From Nitrospirota bacterium (GTDB lineage: Bacteria; Nitrospirota; UBA9217): 64,000 nucleotides of DNA. The notes under the pieces were generated by a model, which was given only the letters and a program-made list of their open reading frames with translations, was not told the DNA's origin and did no database searches. The DNA lies in assembly GCA_963741205.1 (NCBI GenBank), contig CAVUHW010000027.1, positions 32,001-96,000 of the forward strand. The letters are read 5' to 3'. The position numbers were made by a program, and so were the translations under genes. Below, piece after piece: positions 57,382-64,000 of the stretch (its first letter is position 1; each line of letters begins with the position of its first letter).

Positions 57382-59203
57382 ATGCGAATACGCGGCCGTT
57401 CCTGTATCGCGGCCTTCATGGCTTGCGCCATCCTGCTGTTTGTTTCCACAGCCGCACACCCGTCCTACGACACCGAAGCCGGGCGCAAGTATACTATCGC
57501 CTCCCAGCGCCTCGCGGACCTCAAAAAATCCAGCAAAAAAAAGAAATATCGCTCCTACTGGATCGACTGCATCCGGACCTTCGAACTCGTGGAAAAAAAA
57601 TACCCCAAGAGCCCGAGCGCAGCGGACGCGTCTTTCGACCGTGCAGCGGTCTATCAGGAACTCTACCAATACAATAAAGCAGTCAAAGGACATCGACGAA
57701 GCCCTCCGGGGCTACGGTAGATTCCAAACTTCCTATCCCAGACACCCGAGGGCGCCCGAGGCGCTGTACCGCATCGTCTGAAATATCTCTCGAGGTCAAA
57801 GAAAGACAACGCTGCCGCAGCCGAGGCATACGCAAAGCTTGCCGCGGCGTACCCCGAAAGCGCCTGGACGGAAAAGGCAAAGGCCCTTGTCAGCCCGTCG
57901 CACCGCGCAAGAAGCGAAAGCAGGAGCCGGAGATCAAGAAGATGCCGGTGCCGGTGATCGCGGCCGCCGGAAAAGCGGCACCAGACGGCGTGGTGAACAA
58001 GATCCGGTCACTGGTCCGAAGGGGCTTATTCCCGCATCGTGATCGATCAGAGCGCGTGCGGTAAGGTTCCAGGTCCAGGAGCTCAAGAACCCGGACCGGC
58101 TGGTCTTCGATCTTTACCATGCCCGCGTCGGCGCCTCCCTGGGCAAGGACCCGCTGCAGATCAACGACGGCATCCTGAAGCAGGTCCGCGCGAGCCAGTA
58201 TGCGCCGGGCGTCGTCCGGGTGGTGCTTGACCTCGCGAGCATCAAGAGTTATGCCGCGTTCCCGCTCCACGACCCCGAGCGTCTCGTCATCGATGTAACC
58301 GGGGAAGGCGGCAAGAACGATGAGGCCCGGTCGCCTGCATCCGACAACCGGTACGGATCAGCAGGCGGAAAGCATGGCAGACCGATACGACCGCGGCAAA
58401 GGTCGAACCGCAGCGGCAGGTCATCCCGATCCCGCTGATGCCGGAGGTGAAGGATAATGACGGCGCGAAATTGTCGCTTTCCAGCCAGCTGGGGCTCAAG
58501 ATACAGACCATCGCGATCGACGCCGGCCATGGCGGTCATGACCCGGGTGCAATCGGCAGGAGCGGATTGAAGGAAAAAACCATTACCCTCGACATCGCGA
58601 AGCGGCTTGCCGCTCTCGTCAAGGACCGTCTTGGGTGCAAGGTGGTCATGACCAGGGACACGGACGTGTTCATCCCCCTCGACCAGCGGCCGTTCATCGC
58701 GAAATCTCACGATGCCGACTTGTTCGTCTCCATTCACGTCAACGCAAACCGGAAGAACAGGTCGCGGGGGCATCGAAACCTATATCCAGAGCCTGCGGGC
58801 TTCAGACCGGGAAGCCATGGCGACCGCTGCCCGTGAAAACGCGATGTCCACGAAAAAACTGAGCGAATTGAAAACCGAGGTTGAAAAAATTCTTGAGGCG
58901 CTTGACCGGGACAATAAACTGGAAGATTCACTGCAGCTTGCGCATGCCGTGCAGGGATCGCTCGTCGATACGATGAGACCGGCCCAGCCGCGTATCGTCA
59001 ATCTGGGGGTAAAGCGGGCGTTTTTTTATGTCCTGATGAATACGAAGATGCCGAGCATCCTGGCGGAAGTCGGCTTCATCAGCAATCCGGAAGAGGAAAA
59101 ACTGCTGCGTAAGGAAGCGTACCGGCAAAAAATCGCCGAGGCCCTGTATCAAGGGGTCAAGCGATTTATCGATGCGCGATCGCCGCAAATGGCGGGAATA
59201 TGA
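57382..59203 (+). CDS. N-acetylmuramoyl-L-alanine amidase with TPR and AMIN domains (multiple frameshifts)
   Basis: TPR-like YP.SP.AADA, AMIN NPDRLVFD/PERLVID, DAGHGGHDPGA, SIHVN and LAEVGFISN motifs. Confidence 0.88.
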
Positions 59204-59211
59204 ATCGAGAA

Positions 59212-59286
59212 GCGCATAGAGCATGGAGCAAAGCGCATAGCGTAAAGTGCAAGGGATTTAAACGCCATGCGCCATGCGCTCTGCGC
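59212..59286. repeat. Inverted heptamer array (GCATAGA / CCATGCG) between convergent genes
   Basis: Periodic 7-mers forming a long hairpin between the amidase and prfB stop codons. Confidence 0.7.
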
Positions 59287-59287
59287 C

Positions 59288-60426
59288 TTAGTTTGCCCCT
59301 GACTCCTGGCCCTTAACTATCGTCCCGGTTCCCGCTATCAAATATGCCTCGATGAACTGGTCGAGGTCGCCGTCCATCACCGAGGTAACATTGCCCGACC
59401 TCGATACCCGTACGGTGGTCCTTTACCAGCTGGTAGGGCTGGAACACGTACGACCTGATCTGGCTCCCCCAGGCAATGTCCTTCTTCTCGCTCATGAGCT
59501 TTCCCGAGCTTCTCGTCATGTTCTTTCTTCCTGAGTTCGTACAAGCGTGACCGCAGCACCTTCATGGCGACGTTCTTGTTCTTGAGCTGGGAGCGCTCGT
59601 TCTGGCACTGGACGACGATGTTCGTGGGCAAGTGGGTGATGCGCACGGCCGAGTCGGTCTTGTTCACGTGCTGGCCCGCCGGCGCTTGACGAGCGGTAGG
59701 TGTCGATGCGGAGGTCCTTCTCATCGATCTCGATATCGATATTGTCCTCGACCTCGGGATATACATAGACGGAGGCAAAGGACGTGTGCCTGCGCTTGTT
59801 CGCGTCAAACGGGGAGATCCGCACGAGCCGGTGCACGCCGGCCTCGGCCTTCATCCTGCCGTAGGCGTAATCGCCGGAAACGGTAAAGGTGACGGACTTT
59901 GACGCCCGCTTCTTCGCCGGCCTGATAGTCGAGGATTTCGGTCTTGTAACCGCGTTTTTCCGCCCAGCGCAGATACATGCGCATCAGCATCTCGGCCCAG
60001 TCCTGGGCCTCGGTGCCGCCCGCCCCGGGATGGATCGAAACGATGGCGTTCGAGTCGTCCTGCTCTCCGGAGAGGAGCGCCGCGACTTCGGCGGACGCGA
60101 TGTCCTTCCCGATGACCTCGATCTCCCGCTCGAGCTCCCCGCGCATGGATTCGCCGCCTTCTTCGGATGCGAGCTCGGCCATGGCTTCGAGGTCGCTCAG
60201 CCGCTTGGCAAGCGAGTTCCAGTCCCTGAGCGCGCGCTCGAGAGAGGCCTTTTCCTTTAAGACCGTATTTGCCTTGTCCTTGTTGTCCCAGAAACCGGTG
60301 GTTTCCGTGAGGCGGGTGAGTTCTTCCAGGCGGGATTCCTTGGCAGGGGTGTCAAAGATGCCTCCGCAGGGTTTCGAGCCTGCCTTTGACATTGTCGAGC
60401 TGCTGTTTGAGGTCTTCTAGAAGCAT
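59288..60426 (-). CDS. prfB: Peptide chain release factor 2 (programmed +1 frameshift plus extra indels)
   Basis: [16 protein letters not shown](Q)HVNKTDSA and WGSQIRSY motifs. Confidence 0.95.
60351..60365 (-). promoter_or_regulatory. prfB programmed +1 ribosomal frameshift site
   Basis: Minus strand GGAGG-CAT-CTT-TGA-C (internal SD plus CTT TGA). Confidence 0.92.
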
Positions 60427-60459
60427 TCCGCTCTCCTGTACGCTGATGAAATTGGGCGG

Positions 60460-60488
60460 ATTATACCATAGAGAAAAGAAACAATCAA
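60460..60488 (-). promoter_or_regulatory. Sigma70 promoter for prfB
   Basis: TTGATT-N17-TATAAT with a TG extension. Confidence 0.7.
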
Positions 60489-60545
60489 AGGCAAAACATA
60501 AGAACCGAAGAAGAAAGCTGTCTTGACAGGCAGCGTGCACGCGTG

Positions 60546-60683
60546 ATGGTCTTTGATACCGGAGTGATCCCCATCGATGAGGATAAGGTTGAACAATTCA
60601 GCAGGCTCACCAACCTGCCCGTTGAACGACGGCGGATCAGCCTGGACCATCTCCTCGAGATCGTAACCTGCTCTGACCTCTGA
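60546..60683 (+). pseudogene. Possible C-terminal gene remnant (DUF1638-like)
   Basis: 45-aa frame MVFDTGVIPIDEDKVEQFSRLTNLPVERRRISLDHLLEIV; the family match is from memory only. Confidence 0.35.
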
Positions 60684-60872
60684 CCAGGTTGGTTGCTAAA
60701 CGGGAAAAGCGACGTTATCCGCCCTGTGATCGAGAGGACCCGAATAGCAGCCAGCCCCGATGATCAACGGGCAAGGCTGGTGCTGGAAAGAAAGTAGTTC
60801 CCGAGACGAAGAAGATCTCAGAGGAGGCAGATACGGGGCCTGCCAAGTGTAAAATACATCTTTAAAAGTAAA

Positions 60873-60901
60873 TTGACTTTGCGCGATACCGGTGGTATAC
60901 A
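60873..60901 (+). promoter_or_regulatory. Sigma70 promoter for the cob leader
   Basis: TTGACT-N17-TATACA with a TG extension, just upstream of riboswitch 1. Confidence 0.6.
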
Positions 60902-60924
60902 TGTAACACTTATACATAATAGAG

Positions 60925-61088
60925 AGACATTCAAGCCAAGGGAATCCCGTGAAAATCGGGAGCGGACCCGCCGCTGTAATCCTGACCCCGTCCAAAGGGG
61001 GCAAATCCTTTACTACTCAATGCGCCACTGACCGCAACCGGTCGGGAAGGCCGGTAAAGGGGGGAGAGCCAGAAGACCTGCTTGGATA
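60925..61088 (+). ncRNA. Cobalamin riboswitch 1
   Basis: AGGGAA-TCCCGTGAAAATCGGGA-GCGG-ACCC-GCCGCTGT...GCCACTG...GGGAAGG...GAGCCAGAAGACCT; P1 ATTCAAGC/GCTTGGAT. Confidence 0.9.
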
Positions 61089-61141
61089 CTGTTCGCACAT
61101 TCTTCGGCGTTAAGATCATGTGTGGATTAATGCATTCTTTT

Positions 61142-61180
61142 AATCCCCAGTCTTGAGTAGAAGACCGGGGATTTTTTTGT
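61142..61180 (+). terminator. Intrinsic terminator (expression platform of riboswitch 1)
   Basis: AATCCCC-AGTCTT...AAGAC-CGGGGATT followed by a T-run. Confidence 0.75.
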
Positions 61181-61256
61181 TATCGGCAGGATACCGTAAG
61201 CACGGCGGGATGAGCACGGCAATCACGGCACCGTACGAGCTGAACGTCGATGTTTT

Positions 61257-61402
61257 GAGAATGAGAGAACGGAAAGGGGTGCGATTCCCCTGCTGTCGCG
61301 CAACTGTGATGGAAACGAAAGCCGACAACGCCACTGTCCCGCTTTCAACGGGATGGGAAGGCCGGCGAGTAGGATGTCCTGAGCCAGGAGACGTCTCATT
61401 CA
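61257..61402 (+). ncRNA. Cobalamin riboswitch 2
   Basis: ACGGAA-AGGGGTGCGATTCCCCT-GCTGTCGCGCAACTGTG...GCCACTG...GGGAAGG...GAGCCAGGAGACGT; P1 GAATGAGA/TCTCATTC. Confidence 0.9.
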
Positions 61403-61622
61403 ATTTTCCCGCGGAAGGAGCAAAAAGCATGGTCAAAAAAAATATCCTTGTGCGTCATAAACGACGGAAAGATGCCGTCAGTCATGGGACAGGCAGCCGT
61501 GACTTTCTCGTTTTTTCAGAGGACGAGGCGGCGCATAGAAAGAACAGTAACCTGCCCCGGCTGCCCGGATCGGCCATATAAGCCGGAACGCTGAACTGGG
61601 CATTATTCAAGGAGATTCCACA

Positions 61623-62668
61623 ATGAACAATATACGAAATACAATATAAGCGGTGAATGGAACGCTCGCCGCAGAGGCCCAGAAAAGGCTCGATAACCTA
61701 ACGAAGCCGCAGGGGAGCCTCGGCAGGCTCGAAGAGTTTGCCCGCAGGGTCGTGGCGATCACCGGCGACAAAATGCCGCGTGCTCGACAAGAAAGTCGTC
61801 TTCACCTTCGCCGGAGATCATGGGATCGCCAATGAAGGCGTATCAGCCTATCCCAAGGAAGTAACGCCCCAGATGGTGCTTAACTTCCTGCGCGGCGGCG
61901 CGGGCATCAATGTGCTCGCCCGGCACGTGGGCGCTGACGTTGTTATCGTCGATATCGGGGTCGACTACGACTTCGGCGATGTGCCCGGTCTCGTCTCCCG
62001 TAAAGTGGTGCGCGGCACCGCGAACATGCATAAGGGGCCAGCCATGACGAGGCAGCAGGCGGAGCAGTGCATCCAGGTCGGGATCGACCTTGCCCGGGAG
62101 TACGCAAAGAAAGACTACCGATCTTCGGCACGGGCGACATGGGAATCGGCAACACAACGCCTTCGAGCGCTATCGCATCGGTGATGACAGGGACGCCCGT
62201 TTCGGCGTGACCGGAAGGGGCACGGGGATCACCGAGGAAGCCCTCAAGAGCAAGATCGCGATCATCGAGGAATGCATAAAGAAGAATCGACCCGATGCGA
62301 AGGATCCCATCGACGTGCTCGCGAAGGTCGGCGGTGCGGAGATCGGCGGTATCGCCGGACTGATCCTCGGTGCGGCCTCGGAACGCATCCCCGTGATCGT
62401 AGACGGGTTCATATCAACGGCCGGAGCGATGATCGCCTTCGGGATCGAGCCGAAAACCGCGGACTATATGTTTGCCGGACACTCCTCGGTCGAGATCGGC
62501 CAGCAGTGCATGCTAGACAAGATGGGCCTCTCGCCAATCCTCGATTTTAACCTCAGGCTCGGAGAAGGCACCGGCGCTGCGCTCGCAATGCTGATGATCG
62601 AGGCAGGGACAAAGATCTACCGGGAAATGGCGACCTTCGGCGAAGCGGGCGTGTCGGAGAAGTCGTAG
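61623..62668 (+). CDS. cobT: Nicotinate-nucleotide-dimethylbenzimidazole phosphoribosyltransferase (frameshifted)
   Basis: [32 protein letters not shown] and LRLGEGTGA motifs. Confidence 0.95.
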
Positions 62669-62686
62669 TTTGTAAACAGATCGGAT

Positions 62687-62816
62687 ACGCCCTGCACTCG
62701 CGCATGCTCACTCCTAAGCGCTGTATGCAGGCGAAAGTCGCAAAATGTTAAACCGCGCAGTTTAAAAAAGGGAAACAGTCGTTTTGTTTTTCTTCGCGTT
62801 CTTCGCTTCTTCGCGG
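62687..62816. repeat. Palindromic intergenic repeat containing the CCTGCACTCGCG...TGCAGGC module
   Basis: Module at 62690-62732; right arm (CTTCGCGTT)-like 9-mers. Confidence 0.65.
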
Positions 62817-62889
62817 CAACTATTCTTTACCTGTTTCGAAATATAAGGTGTCGATGCCGGGGGATACTGGGAATTACCGATGGTGACGA

Positions 62890-64000
62890 ATGGCTAAAGC
62901 GTTAATGATACAGGGGACTGGGTCCGGCGCGGGTAAGAGCCTGATAACGGCCGCGCTGTGCAGGATCTTTTCGGACAAGGGATTGCACGTCGCTCCCTTC
63001 AAGGCACAGAACATGGCCCTGAATTCCTTCATCACGCGTGAGGGCGGAGAGATCGGAAGGGCACAGGCGCTCCAGGCCGATGCGGCGCGGATAAATCCCG
63101 ACCGTGGACATGAACCCCGTCCTGCTCAAGGCCTCTGGAGAAATGGGCTCACAGGTCATCCTTTGCGGCAGGGCCCATGCCCACATGAATGCCCGTGAAT
63201 ATTACGCGTTCAAGAAAGAGGCCTGGAATGTCGTCACGTCATCGTACGACCGGCTCTCCCGGAACTACGACCTCATCATCATGGAAGGGGCGGGAAGCCC
63301 CGCGGAAATAAATCTGAAGGACGTGGATATCGTCAACATGTCAGCGGCGAAATACGCAAAGGCCCCTGTTCTCCTGATCGGGGACATCGATAAGGGGGGC
63401 GTCTTTGCGTCCCTCTATGGAACAGTCAAGCTCCTCGGCAGGGACAGCGGGCGCATCAAGGCGTTCATCATCAATAAATTCCGGGGCGATCCTGAGATAC
63501 TCAGGCCCGGGCTCTCCATGATTAAAGAAAAGACAGGCAAGCCGGTGATTGGAGTACTGCCTTACATCCAGGGAATAGGACTGCCCGAAGAGGACGGGCT
63601 TGGGCTTGATCAGCAGTTAGAAGTCAGAAGGCAGAAGTCAGAAGATGAAAATATAAAAATCGTTGTCGTAAGGCTCAAGTATATTTCCAACTTCACCGAT
63701 TTCGATCCCCTGTCATGCGAACCCGGCGTCGAGGTCGTCTATTCCCGGAACCATGCGGTCATCGAGCATGCGGATATGGTCATCGTTCCCGGCACGAAAA
63801 ACACGGTCAAGGACCTCCTCCTTTTAAAGGAGCAGGGACTGGATGAAAGCATCAAGCGGGCAAACGCAAAAAAAATACCGATCATGGGCATGTGCGGCGG
63901 CTACCAGATGCTCGGCAGAAAGATCTTCGATCCTCACGGCGTCGAAAGTCCGCACCGGGAAATCGACGGTATCGGCCTCCTGAATATCGAAACAGTATTT
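62890..64000 (+). CDS. cobQ: Cobyric acid synthase (runs off the window; frameshift near 63095)
   Basis: [55 protein letters not shown] and CGGYQMLG motifs. Confidence 0.95.

Noticed and set aside
61153-61581. 142-aa ORF in the cob leader
   Set aside because: It overlaps a terminator and the second riboswitch and shows no protein-like features.

Overview
A GC-rich bacterial window; the gene content suggests an anaerobic or facultative Nitrospirota/Desulfobacterota-like organism, which is an inference. Almost all genes are on the + strand. Many single-base indels break even essential genes (thrS, rplT, prfB), so most frameshifts are probably long-read assembly errors. There are three blocks. 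(1) At 0.1-31.6 kb, a 22-gene glycogen/glycolysis/fermentation cluster: glgP, glgX, pgm, ROK glucokinase, pfkA, fbaA, a eukaryote-like gap, a ferredoxin plus W/Mo AOR-family pair, gpmA, eno, pyk, ldhA, pta, ackA, a GNAT, an octaheme NapC-like cytochrome and a lipoprotein flavocytochrome c. It is bracketed by two near-identical copies of an ABM-family gene, each with a conserved IHF-like and sigma54-like upstream module. (2) At 31.8-53.4 kb, an 18-gene block made only of envelope proteins: four secreted Cys-rich GLG1-repeat-like paralogues, a tripartite RND system, a large secreted protein with hidden 26-aa Gly/Tyr repeats, five beta-barrels (including a patatin-POTRA-Omp85 fusion), MscS, an alpha-carbonic anhydrase and three DUF4136-like proteins. 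This is the best candidate for an undescribed system. (3) At 53.6-64 kb, housekeeping genes: tRNA-Val, thrS-infC-rpmI-rplT, an amidase, prfB (programmed frameshift), and tandem cobalamin riboswitches ahead of cobT-cobQ. Intergenic spaces carry REP-like and nested modular hairpin repeats. No CRISPR array, integrase or transposase was seen.
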